Source of the DNA: Parcubacteria group bacterium
GTDB taxonomy: Bacteria; Patescibacteriota; Minisyncoccia; Moranbacterales; UBA2206
Reading direction: 5' to 3'
NCBI GenBank assembly: GCA_041659505.1
Contig: JBAZYF010000002.1
Location: 115,966 to 179,965, forward strand
Length of the DNA stretch: 64,000 nt
The position numbers and the translations under genes were made by a program. The notes below the pieces were generated by a model. It did no database searches. It saw nothing but the letters and a program-made list of their open reading frames with translations, and was not told the DNA's origin. Below are positions 50,593 through 59,435 of the stretch, one piece after another. Positions within the stretch are counted from its first letter, which is position 1. Every line of letters starts with the position of its first letter.

Positions 50593-51534
50593 TTATGTCA
50601 ATATTTGCAAATCCCAAAGCTTGGTACTGAGATATTTCTCACCGCGATCAGGAAAAATGACGCACATCCGGCCAGAGATATCGCGCTTGGAAAGTTCCAC
50701 AGCCGCCTGCATCGCTGCGCCAGATGACATTCCTACAAAAATCCCCTCTTCATTGGCAATCCGTCGCGCCATTACAAACGCTTTTTCACTTTCAATCGTC
50801 ACAAATTCATCAATCTGACTCTTGTCATAAATCGCCGGCACAATCGCTTCTTCCATATTTTTCAGTCCTTGGATATAGTGGCCTTTTTCCGGATAAGCGC
50901 ACACGATTTTAATTTGGGGGTTATATTCTTTCAAATATTTTCCCACGCCCATGATCGTACCGGAAGTGCCAAGCGAGGAGACGAAATAATCGATTTTGCC
51001 TGTCATATCTTCCCAAATTTCTTTGGCTGTCGTTTCATAGTGCGCGATCTTATTATACTCGTTGGAAAATTGATCCGGCATAAAATATTTTTCCGGATTG
51101 TTTTTGACAAGCTCGCGTGCTTTCACAATGGCGCCGTCCGTGCCTTTGTTCTCATCAGTCAATATTATTTTTGCCCCGAAGGCCTCGAGCATTTTTCTTC
51201 GTTCCATCGAAACAGCCGCGCTCATTACAATTTCGACTGAATAGCCAAGCACCGCGCCAATCATTGCGATGCCGATTCCGGTATTGCCTGACGTCGGCTC
51301 AATGATTGTTTTCTTTTTAGTCAACTCGCCATTTTCAATCGCCACCTCAAGCATTTTGAGCGCCACGCGATCCTTGATACTTCCACCTGGATTTTGCCCT
51401 TCCAGCTTGGCAAAGATTTCCAAGTTCTTATTTGGATTAATTTTGTTAATTTTCACCAGTGGAGTATTGCCGATTGTTTCTAGTATATTTTGATATAACA
51501 TAATTTTAGTGTATAAAAATAAAATCCCGAACAA
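50593..51534 (-). CDS. cysK: Cysteine synthase (O-acetylserine sulfhydrylase)
   Basis: PLP-binding lysine region GGSIKDRVALKMLE, TSGNTGIGIAM glycine loop. Confidence 0.85.
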   Translation of the reverse strand: MFGILFLYTKIMLYQNILETIGNTPLVKINKINPNKNLEIFAKLEGQNPGGSIKDRVALKMLEVAIENGELTKKKTIIEPTSGNTGIGIAMIGAVLGYSVEIVMSAAVSMERRKMLEAFGAKIILTDENKGTDGAIVKARELVKNNPEKYFMPDQFSNEYNKIAHYETTAKEIWEDMTGKIDYFVSSLGTSGTIMGVGKYLKEYNPQIKIVCAYPEKGHYIQGLKNMEEAIVPAIYDKSQIDEFVTIESEKAFVMARRIANEEGIFVGMSSGAAMQAAVELSKRDISGRMCVIFPDRGEKYLSTKLWDLQILT

Positions 51535-51779
51535 TTTCGGGAGCCAGTGTTAATTCTTTTTTCTTTAATGCGTCAACAGAAAAAAGCCGCTCCCGAAACA
51601 ATCAAGTGATTCGAGCAACAGCAAAAAGAAACATTGCGAAAAATTTGAGCTTCAAGCTTTTGGGGATTCATTTTTTTGTCTCAAATTAATTACGTAATTA
51701 ATTACTTACATGAAATGCGTAGCAAAATTGGCTATCAATAGTTTTAATCTACCACAGATCAACGTTTATTACAACAAGA

Positions 51780-51808
51780 TTGCTATTTGTTCAATTTGAC
51801 GCTATAAT
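51780..51808 (+). promoter_or_regulatory. Sigma70-type promoter: -35 TTGCTA, 17-bp spacer, -10 TATAAT upstream of prfA
   Basis: Hexamers and spacing read directly; ~24 nt upstream of prfA ATG. Confidence 0.5.
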
Positions 51809-51831
51809 ACAAAGAGTATCAATCCAGCCCT

Positions 51832-52896
51832 ATGCGCGAACAAATCGAACAGATCAAAGCCGAATATGCCCAAATTGCCCAAGAACTCAGTAATCCTGAG
51901 GTGGTTTTTGATACGCAAAAAATGACGCAACTCTCCAAAAAACAGGCCGAACTGAATGAAGTGATGCGCAAAATCGAAGAATTGGAGCTCTTGGAGAAAA
52001 ATATGCGCGAAAATGCGGAAATTGTCAACAGCGAAGAAGATGGTGAGATGAAACAGATGGCCATGGATGAGAACGTCTCCTTGGCTGGAAAAAAGGTTAT
52101 CCTGGAAAAAGAATTGGAAACTCTGCTTTTGCCCAAGGATCCACATGACTCCAAGAATGTCATCGTGGAGATCCGTGCCGGAGCCGGCGGTGATGAATCG
52201 GCTCTGTTTGCCGCGAGCCTTTTTCGGATGTATTCACATTACGCGGAAAAAAACCGTTGGCAAGTAAACTTGCTCAACTCCCACCAGAACGGCGTAGGCG
52301 GATTCAAAGAAGTCGTCTTTGAAATCAATGGCGCAGGGGTTTATGGCAAGATGAAATATGAATCAGGCGTCCATCGTGTCCAACGTATCCCGGAAACAGA
52401 AAAAAATGGCCGTATCCACACTTCCACGGCAACGGTCGCCGTTCTCCCGGAAGCTGAAGAATTTGATTTTAAGATTGAAGAAAAAGATATCCGCATCGAC
52501 ACTTTCTGCTCTTCCGGACCAGGCGGGCAATCCGTCAACACTACCAAGTCCGCAGTGCGCATCACTCACATTCCGACCGGCGTGATTGTTTCTTGCCAAG
52601 ACGAAAAATCGCAACTGAAAAATAAGGACAAGGCGATGAAGGTGCTCCGCTCGCGTCTTTTGCAGGCAGAAGAAGAAAAACGCGCAAAAGAACTGGGAGA
52701 TCAAAGGAAGTCTCAAATCGGCACCGGTGACCGCTCGGAAAAAATACGCACCTACAACTTTCCCCAAGATCGCATCACTGACCACCGCATCAAGCAAAAC
52801 TGGAGCAATATCAGTGGAATTCTAGAAGGCAACATCGAACCAATAATTACTGCCCTCCAAGAAGAGGACACTAAGATGAGGTTAGGCAATCTTTAA
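51832..52896 (+). CDS. prfA: Peptide chain release factor 1
   Basis: GGQ motif ([11 protein letters not shown]), PxT-type recognition region, 354 aa. Confidence 0.95.
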   Translation: MREQIEQIKAEYAQIAQELSNPEVVFDTQKMTQLSKKQAELNEVMRKIEELELLEKNMRENAEIVNSEEDGEMKQMAMDENVSLAGKKVILEKELETLLLPKDPHDSKNVIVEIRAGAGGDESALFAASLFRMYSHYAEKNRWQVNLLNSHQNGVGGFKEVVFEINGAGVYGKMKYESGVHRVQRIPETEKNGRIHTSTATVAVLPEAEEFDFKIEEKDIRIDTFCSSGPGGQSVNTTKSAVRITHIPTGVIVSCQDEKSQLKNKDKAMKVLRSRLLQAEEEKRAKELGDQRKSQIGTGDRSEKIRTYNFPQDRITDHRIKQNWSNISGILEGNIEPIITALQEEDTKMRLGNL

Positions 52897-52900
52897 TTTT

Positions 52901-53773
52901 GTGGCTACGATCCAAACCATCTTCGATGAATATCGGTCAAAAATAGATAGTCTTGACCTGGAACTTCTCATCGCTCACGAACTCAAGCAGTCTCGTGAGT
53001 TTGTTTTAACCTATCCGGAAAAAACAGTAACCAGCAAACAGGAAACAGCGATCAGTAAACTACTTGCGAGAAGATTGAGACATGAACCCATTGCGTATAT
53101 ACTAGGACACAAGGAATTTTATGGCCTAGACTTCAAAGTTACAAAAGACACACTCATCCCCCGCCCAGAAACAGAACTGCTGGTCGAAAAAGCGCTGCAA
53201 GAAATATCAAACGCCAAAAATGCCCCGTTAAATATCATCGATGTCGGAACAGGATCGGGAAATATTATAATTTCTGTCGCCAAAAATTTAAAAAATAAAC
53301 AAATAAACTATTTCGGTATCGATATTTCTGAAAAAGCCTTAGCAATCGCAAAGTACAATGCTAAAAAAAATAATTTAACAAAAATTAAATTTATCGAATC
53401 AAATTTGCTCGACTGTTTTTTAAAAAACAATGAAACAATAAAACAATTTAACAATTTAATTATTCTCGCTAATCTCCCCTATCTCTCAAAAGAAATCTAT
53501 TCCGCCACTGAAGCGAACGTAAAAAACTTTGAACCAAAATCCGCATTATTTAGTCCGAAGGCTGGACTGGCACATTATGAAAAACTGCTAAAGCAGATTA
53601 GGCTTCTTGCTATTCACTGTTCACTGTTCACTGTTCACTGCCTCCTAGAAATCAGTCCCGAACAAAAAAAATCCCTAGGCATTTTGATTAAAGAAATCCT
53701 GCCTTCAGCTAAAATTAAATTCGAGAAAGATCTGGCTGGAAAATGGCGTGTTTGCCTAATCAGTTTGGATTAA
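52901..53773 (+). CDS. prmC: Release factor glutamine N5-methyltransferase
   Basis: Immediately downstream of prfA; SAM motif IDVGTGSGNI, catalytic NPPY-variant (LANLPY). Confidence 0.85.
   Translation: MATIQTIFDEYRSKIDSLDLELLIAHELKQSREFVLTYPEKTVTSKQETAISKLLARRLRHEPIAYILGHKEFYGLDFKVTKDTLIPRPETELLVEKALQEISNAKNAPLNIIDVGTGSGNIIISVAKNLKNKQINYFGIDISEKALAIAKYNAKKNNLTKIKFIESNLLDCFLKNNETIKQFNNLIILANLPYLSKEIYSATEANVKNFEPKSALFSPKAGLAHYEKLLKQIRLLAIHCSLFTVHCLLEISPEQKKSLGILIKEILPSAKIKFEKDLAGKWRVCLISLD
53613..53640. repeat. Heptanucleotide tandem repeat (TTCACTG)x4 inside prmC coding sequence
   Basis: Seen in sequence; encodes HCSLFTVHC. Confidence 0.85.
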
Positions 53774-53794
53774 AAAATCCTTCCTAATAAACAA

Positions 53795-53822
53795 AAAACC
53801 GCGTGTTAGCGGTTTTTTGTTT
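53795..53822 (+). terminator. Rho-independent terminator after prfA-prmC (AACCGC-GTGTTA-GCGGTT + TTTTGTTTT)
   Basis: GC stem + U-tract just after prmC stop. Confidence 0.65.
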
Positions 53823-53912
53823 TATATCCAACGTTGATATAAGTCCTATGTTGACAACTTGCCAAACACAGAACGTTCCCCGAACGAATCGGGAAATCAC
53901 ACTATAAAAAGA

Positions 53913-54005
53913 CTATTTTTTCTTCTTCTTTGTAGCTTTTTTCTTTGTAACTTTTTTAACAGTCTTCTTTACAGCTTTTTTTGCTGCTTTTTTCTTTGCT
54001 GCCAT
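53913..54005 (-). CDS. Small (30 aa) Lys/Ala-rich basic protein (histone H1-tail-like), candidate
   Basis: Manual: ATG preceded by SD AAAGGATGGTG; translation MAAKKKAAKKAVKKTVKKVTKKKATKKKKK; below ORF-track size cutoff. Confidence 0.35.
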   Translation of the reverse strand: MAAKKKAAKKAVKKTVKKVTKKKATKKKKK

Positions 54006-54242
54006 GTTAGTTCACCATCCTTTCTATTTTTATTTTTTTCCAAAGTTTCTTATTTGAAACTCTCTGAAATATTTTTTAATGATTTTGTTTCGACCTTTGT
54101 TTTTATGAAAAATATTTTTTAAATTTAAAAAATATTTTTCATAAATAAATTATATACCACCACTAAAAATTATGCAAGAGTAAAAAGTTATCCACAGGCA
54201 AATATTTTTTTATTTTTAAAAATAAAAAAAACAAATTACAAC

Positions 54243-54380
54243 AGGACTTACGCATGCGCCAAAAAGTTGTTCGCACGTTCATCTCTTTTAGCATCTCAGC
54301 CCTCTGGTAAACCAGCAAGGGAAAACCAAAATGAAAAAACCGTGCTTTTGAGAATAATTTTTTGGCGCATGCGTAAGTCT
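54243..54380 (+). repeat. Copy D: ~138-nt hairpin element with perfect 21-bp terminal inverted repeats (GGACTTACGCATGCGCCAAAAA … TTTTTGGCGCATGCGTAAGTC)
   Basis: Seen in sequence; homologous internally to copy C. Confidence 0.7.
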
Positions 54381-54597
54381 AACCCAAAAAAGATTCGTCA
54401 TAAAAAAATATTTATCTGATCTTTAAAAAAAATAAATACTCCAAAATTTATCCGCACATTTTTGTCATTTATACCAGAACCTAAATAGCCAAAATTGTCT
54501 AGTTGACGCCCTTCCCAGCTTTGCTAAAATTTAGTATTAGAAACCCGCTTCAACGAAAGCACATTAAAAACTTAAACTAGAAAGGAAGGTGAAAACT

Positions 54598-55233
54598 ATG
54601 GAATCCAACCAAGAATCGAACGACAACCCGAACAAGGAAGAAGAAATGGCTGATGAATTTGGAGACTCCCCGACTACGGCAAAGCAATGGTTTCAGGATA
54701 ATTTGAGGATCATTGTCAGTATTCTTGTTGTTGTTATCATCGCCGCCGGAATCTATTCTTACTCTAACCGCGCCCAAAATGTCGATCAGACAGAACAGAC
54801 TCAACAGAGTGACATTCTCAAGGATTTGGCAAACAATGCCGGTACGGAAGAAAAGACAACGCCAAGTGACAATACTGCGACTTCTAATGCGGATAAGACA
54901 ACTAAGACGTCTTCGGTAACAACCAGCCAGGAAACTGACCAATCTTTTGTCGAAACAGCCGGTAAGGGAGATGGAACGACCAAGCTTGCCAGAAAAGCAT
55001 TGGCAGATTATTTGGAAAAAAATCCTGATTCCTCACTCACCCCAGAACACAAGATCTATATTGAAGATTATCTGAGAAAAAATGTAGGTCATAAGGGAGG
55101 AGTAAAAATAGGAACATCAGTAGAATTTTCCAAAAGCCTAATTTCCGACGCAATCACGAAATCCAAAACTCTAACTGCCGGGCAACTCAAAAACTTGCAC
55201 AAATATGCCGTCAGAGTGCCATCGTTATCCTAG
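54598..55233 (+). CDS. Single-pass membrane protein with acidic N-terminus, Ser/Thr-rich linker and ~80-aa C-terminal globular domain
   Basis: ATG at 54598 with SD AAGGAAGGTG (track starts at GTG 54589); TM LRIIVSILVVVIIAAGIYSY. Confidence 0.6.
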   Translation: MESNQESNDNPNKEEEMADEFGDSPTTAKQWFQDNLRIIVSILVVVIIAAGIYSYSNRAQNVDQTEQTQQSDILKDLANNAGTEEKTTPSDNTATSNADKTTKTSSVTTSQETDQSFVETAGKGDGTTKLARKALADYLEKNPDSSLTPEHKIYIEDYLRKNVGHKGGVKIGTSVEFSKSLISDAITKSKTLTAGQLKNLHKYAVRVPSLS

Positions 55234-55320
55234 ATTTAAAAAAACCGATTTTATTATGAAATAAAATTCTACTGTTCTTTCCTTATAAGTCGAGTATATC
55301 ATTACTCCCTTTTATAAAAA

Positions 55321-55368
55321 CATAAAATCCCTCGTGGCCTCAGCGCCAAAAGGGATTTTATGTTTTTT
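55321..55368 (+). terminator. Rho-independent terminator (ATAAAATCCCT…AGGGATTTTAT + TTTTTT)
   Basis: 11-bp stem and U-run after + strand gene. Confidence 0.6.
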
Positions 55369-55393
55369 AGGAGTTACGTATTTACCCGAGTCC
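55369..55393 (+). repeat. Copy E (degenerate) of dispersed palindromic element (AGGAGTTACGTATTTACCCGAGTCC)
   Basis: Shares TTTTAGGA lead-in and CCCGAGTC core. Confidence 0.5.
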
Positions 55394-55412
55394 AAAAATA
55401 AGCTTTTTTATT

Positions 55413-56438
55413 TCAATCCTTTCTTGCGTCAGCTAATCGCCTATTTATCAAAAAAGAAATCGCTAGCATGATAGAAACTGCCAGGACAAGCGTGATGCTT
55501 TTGCCAAAAGTTCTTGTGTTCAGTGCGACAATGGCGATTAGCAGGGTCGCTAGATAATAATAACTTGCAATTTTTCTCTGCGACCAGCCAATCTCTAAGA
55601 GCTTATGATGTAAATGATTGTTATCCGCCCTAAAAATCGACTCACCTCTTCTCAGGCGCTCACCAATAACCCAAACAAAATCCACCAGCGGAATAGTTAG
55701 AACTAAAATAGCGGTGGCAATTTTTGTTCCGGAAAAAATTGCCAAGACAGCCAAAGAAAGCCCCATAAACATCGCTCCGGATGTGCCAGCAATGATCCGC
55801 GCCGGATTAAAATTAAACACCAAAAAACCCAAAAGCGTTCCCAAGAGGATACTAGAAATGATCGCTACCGGTGGCTGATTAACCTCAGGTTTGAAACTAA
55901 GGATAAAAATTGTCCCGACTGAAATCAGGCTGATTCCGCCCGACAATCCATCCACCCCATCTATCCAATTCACAGCATTAATCACAAAAACGATCCAGAA
56001 AACGACCAGCAACAGTGAGAAAAAAACCGTGCTACCCAGATTCAGATTGATCGTCCCGCCTACAAAAGGATTAGTCACATAGTAGATCCGCACCCCAAGA
56101 ACAAAAACTAAGACGGAAATCGCCATCTGAAAAAACAACTGCGTTTTCCAGTAAATTTCTTTGATGTCGTCTCGCACACCCACCAGCATGAGGACGATTG
56201 AAGCAAACATAAAACCGAACAGTTCCGGACTGATGACCAAATCGCGATTGAAAATGATAGCTAGATTGAAAGCCAGTACCATCGCGATTCCTCCGATGCG
56301 ATAGACACCTTTTTTGTGAATGTGTCGCTTGGCCAGACGTTTGCCCCAAGGAATTTTTTTGGCCAGCGGTAAAATAACTACAATAAGAAGAATAGTGAAA
56401 AAAAACGCTTCCAGGAATGGTACAAGATATTTTGGCAT
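55413..56438 (-). CDS. Polyprenyl-phosphate N-acetylhexosamine-1-phosphate transferase (GT4 family, WecA/TagO-like rather than MraY)
   Basis: NAVNWIDGVDGLSGG motif; N-terminal VYRIGGIAMV matches WecA/TagO (not MraY TPTMGG); 10-11 TM. Confidence 0.75.
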   Translation of the reverse strand: MPKYLVPFLEAFFFTILLIVVILPLAKKIPWGKRLAKRHIHKKGVYRIGGIAMVLAFNLAIIFNRDLVISPELFGFMFASIVLMLVGVRDDIKEIYWKTQLFFQMAISVLVFVLGVRIYYVTNPFVGGTINLNLGSTVFFSLLLVVFWIVFVINAVNWIDGVDGLSGGISLISVGTIFILSFKPEVNQPPVAIISSILLGTLLGFLVFNFNPARIIAGTSGAMFMGLSLAVLAIFSGTKIATAILVLTIPLVDFVWVIGERLRRGESIFRADNNHLHHKLLEIGWSQRKIASYYYLATLLIAIVALNTRTFGKSITLVLAVSIMLAISFLINRRLADARKD

Positions 56439-56477
56439 AGACCAGCATTACTGATTAACTTTCTGATTTTTTATTTT

Positions 56478-56510
56478 CACGACTTGCGCATTTGCCCGAG
56501 TCAGCCGTAC
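56478..56510 (+). repeat. Copy F of dispersed palindromic element (CACGACTTGCGCATTTGCCCGAGTCAGCCGTAC)
   Basis: 34/36 identical to copy A including TTATTTTCAC lead-in. Confidence 0.7.
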
Positions 56511-56558
56511 TTTTTTTAGAAAATACAGTTGTGAGGTTAAATGTGCAACTTCTAAATT

Positions 56559-58253
56559 TTATTTTTTGCGCATTTTTTCCGTCACCCAAAATTCACCGAA
56601 ATATTTTCCCAGAAGAATCCGAGTTTGCGAATCAATTGCCGGAAAAGATCCGAGAAATGGAGCAATGACTGGAACCAGTACCCACTGTAAAAGCATATAG
56701 ATATTTCTCCAACGCGAATATTTTGCCGGGCGTGGCGGAAGCAAGAGAAAGCTCAAAGACATCGAAACCGCCAGACCAAGCATAGCCAGAGTCATTAGAT
56801 AACGGGTATAGATCGGTAAATTATGCGCCAGCACCTGCTGATTAAAATCGTCTCCGCCTAAAATCAGCGGGAGCCAACCAAGAATTGCCAAAATTAAAGC
56901 CGAAGTCGCCCAGGAATGATGCCCCTCCAGCATCTCAAAAGCAGTTCTAAATTTTTGGCGAAAACTGATTTTTTTATTCGGTCCGATCGCCCGCATAATG
57001 ACCGGGAAGTTCTCGATACCATAAGCCCAGCGTCTTTTTTGTTTATACTGATTGACGATCGTTTTCCAATAAGTTTCCGCCAGAACCGCATCCAAGGAAA
57101 TCGGCAGATAGACCGGCTTGACCCGGTAGTCCCCGTTATAATAAGTAAAGCATTTCCAATAGATGATCGAGTCCTCACTGATCATATTCACCGGCCAAAA
57201 GTTAACTTTGTGGAGCGTATCGAAAGGTTCACTGTGGGAAGAAAAAGTGACCATGCCGTCTGACCGGGTACTTTGAAAAATGTGCCAAAAACTCGAGCCG
57301 GTCACAATCACCCGCACAAAAGCGTTCGTATCCCAAAGATTGTTGTGGTACATCGGGAGCGGTTGATAACTGCGTTGCAAGCGCTTTGGGTCAGTGATAT
57401 ATTCATAAGTCAGCGCGGCAAAATATTCTTTGTGCGCCACGCTATCACAATCAAAATTGGAAAAAATCACCCGCTTGAAATCAACCTTTTTTTCCTTCAA
57501 ATAATCCGCCAGCTTGCGAGCGGCATAAGTCGCATTAGACCCCTTAGCTTTCATCTCATCATCGCGCACCTGATGAGTCGTGACAATGAAGTCTCGAAAA
57601 ACTCCGGCGAATTTTTTCGTGAGATAGTCCACTTTTTCTTTGCGCCGCTCGGCATTTTCCCGTTCCTCGGTTGCCAAAAGAATAATGATCTGCTCGTTGG
57701 GAAAATTCGCCTCCTCGATGGCTTGAATTGACGGCTCAATCACATCGGCCGGCTCGGTCGCCGTCGGCAACATCACCACGTGCACAATTTCACGCCAATC
57801 CCAAATCTGATCGTTGATCTTTTCCAGCGATTCAACTTCTTTCAAATAGGTTTTTTGCTGTTTCAGTTCTCGTTTCAAAATTTTCACATCCCGCCTTGTC
57901 ATTCCATTGCGTTCACGCAAACTGTCTTTCATCCGCAAGATCCGTGCGTTGATCAGCTCGCGATAATTTGCAGGATTACTGATGTTTTGACAGCGTTCCC
58001 ACCAATCAATTCTGATTCCCGCCTTCAATTTTTGATAACCCTCGACAGAATAATAAGCGATAAAAATTGTCCGCAGAATCCAATAGATGTCAAACGTGAT
58101 GATGAAATAAGCCACCCAATCCGGCACGATAAAAGAAAAGGCAAACATACCAATAATAGTCACCCAAGTCAAAGTACCGGGAATTACCTCAAGCATCCGC
58201 TGTTTTTTCCGCTCACGCGGGTCTTGAGTTTTGGGATCAGGAAATACAAACAT
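56559..58253 (-). CDS. Membrane-embedded processive GT2 (cellulose/chitin-synthase-like)
   Basis: N- and C-terminal TM helices; Q(Q/R)xRW motif QYKQKRRWAYG; DxD regions. Confidence 0.75.
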   Translation of the reverse strand: MFVFPDPKTQDPRERKKQRMLEVIPGTLTWVTIIGMFAFSFIVPDWVAYFIITFDIYWILRTIFIAYYSVEGYQKLKAGIRIDWWERCQNISNPANYRELINARILRMKDSLRERNGMTRRDVKILKRELKQQKTYLKEVESLEKINDQIWDWREIVHVVMLPTATEPADVIEPSIQAIEEANFPNEQIIILLATEERENAERRKEKVDYLTKKFAGVFRDFIVTTHQVRDDEMKAKGSNATYAARKLADYLKEKKVDFKRVIFSNFDCDSVAHKEYFAALTYEYITDPKRLQRSYQPLPMYHNNLWDTNAFVRVIVTGSSFWHIFQSTRSDGMVTFSSHSEPFDTLHKVNFWPVNMISEDSIIYWKCFTYYNGDYRVKPVYLPISLDAVLAETYWKTIVNQYKQKRRWAYGIENFPVIMRAIGPNKKISFRQKFRTAFEMLEGHHSWATSALILAILGWLPLILGGDDFNQQVLAHNLPIYTRYLMTLAMLGLAVSMSLSFLLLPPRPAKYSRWRNIYMLLQWVLVPVIAPFLGSFPAIDSQTRILLGKYFGEFWVTEKMRKK

Positions 58254-58267
58254 AGGACAAATTGACT

Positions 58268-58678
58268 TTAATAGTTAATAATAATGACACTAATTGCGGA
58301 AATAAGCAAGCTCAGCTGTACCATCAAAGCCGCCAAAAGCAAAACGTAGCTAGCAATCCGCTCTTTTTTGACATAGAAATAGAAAGATAATAAAACATTG
58401 ATCAAAAGAACAATAAAGCCGATGGAAGGTAAGAGGAAGACTTCCCGGGAAGCACCGATCGAATCAACGCCGAAATAAACATTATAATGCAAAATGATCG
58501 AACTGCCCGCCGGGTGAGAATAAAATTTCAAGACTGACCAAATGACAAGATTAAAAAAAACTCCGAGGAAGAGCAACCACAGAACAATCCGGCTGCGGAA
58601 AAATTCTTGGCCAAAAAAAAACTTGATTTTTCCATTCAAGCTTTTTCCCTCAAAAAATTTTAGTTTATTTTCAGACAT
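58268..58678 (-). CDS. Small membrane protein (136 aa, ~4 TM)
   Basis: ORF track; hydrophobic profile. Confidence 0.5.
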   Translation of the reverse strand: MSENKLKFFEGKSLNGKIKFFFGQEFFRSRIVLWLLFLGVFFNLVIWSVLKFYSHPAGSSIILHYNVYFGVDSIGASREVFLLPSIGFIVLLINVLLSFYFYVKKERIASYVLLLAALMVQLSLLISAISVIIINY

Positions 58679-58694
58679 TGTTTGTTTTCAAGAT

Positions 58695-59297
58695 CTATAA
58701 TTTTCTTTTCGCGATAAATTGTTTCAGTCCGGTGATTTTATTAATTACCTCCTCATTCGGCCCTTCGAGAAATTCTAGGATAAATTTATCGAGCATATTC
58801 AAGCGATACTTAAATTCTTCCATCGTCATGAGCACAAAACTGATCTCTTTACCAATTTCCGCCTCAAGCGCGCCCATCAAATTTTTCAACTTCGCCTTGC
58901 CAATGTCATCACCGACAATAATCATGTCAGCTTTGCTTTTGTGGTAGTTGATGAAAATACCACTAATCACCGCCAACTTTACATTGCCAATTTTTGAAAT
59001 CTTTTCCAAACTTTTGCACTGGGGAGAAGTATTGGATTTGGCAATCAGATTTTTCAGTTCCGGATAAAAATCAAAATTCTGGTTCAAGCGATAATAGAAT
59101 TTGCCTTTTTGGGTGTTTTTGATGACAAATTTCACCCGCACAAACATTTCCAATTCTCGCCTGATTTTTGCCCCTTTGAGCATGTTTCTCCTGGCAATTT
59201 CCGGCGAATCAAACGGCACATCGGGATTTTGCAAAAAAAACCGAAGCAACCGCGCCCTTTCTTTGGAACCGAAAAGACTCTCTAAGATTTCAGACAT
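58695..59297 (-). CDS. Hypothetical protein with N-terminal winged-helix-like segment (ERARLLRFFLQNPD)
   Basis: ORF track; weak ArsR/MarR-like HTH resemblance only. Confidence 0.45.
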   Translation of the reverse strand: MSEILESLFGSKERARLLRFFLQNPDVPFDSPEIARRNMLKGAKIRRELEMFVRVKFVIKNTQKGKFYYRLNQNFDFYPELKNLIAKSNTSPQCKSLEKISKIGNVKLAVISGIFINYHKSKADMIIVGDDIGKAKLKNLMGALEAEIGKEISFVLMTMEEFKYRLNMLDKFILEFLEGPNEEVINKITGLKQFIAKRKL

Positions 59298-59359
59298 TTT
59301 AGTAGGATTATTTAAAGATTAAGTTAGCTACTAATCTAATTATAGCTTTTGGAAAGAAA

Positions 59360-59400
59360 AAAGCAACCCCGAAAAATTCTTTCGCAATTTCGGGGCAGGC
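59360..59400 (-). terminator. Rho-independent terminator downstream of murF (CCCCGAAA…TTTCGGGG then U-rich on - strand)
   Basis: 8-bp GC-rich stem followed by TTGCTTTTTTCTTTCC on minus strand. Confidence 0.55.
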
Positions 59401-59435
59401 CACTACCTGAAGTTGCTTATTGGTGGTGTAAAATC

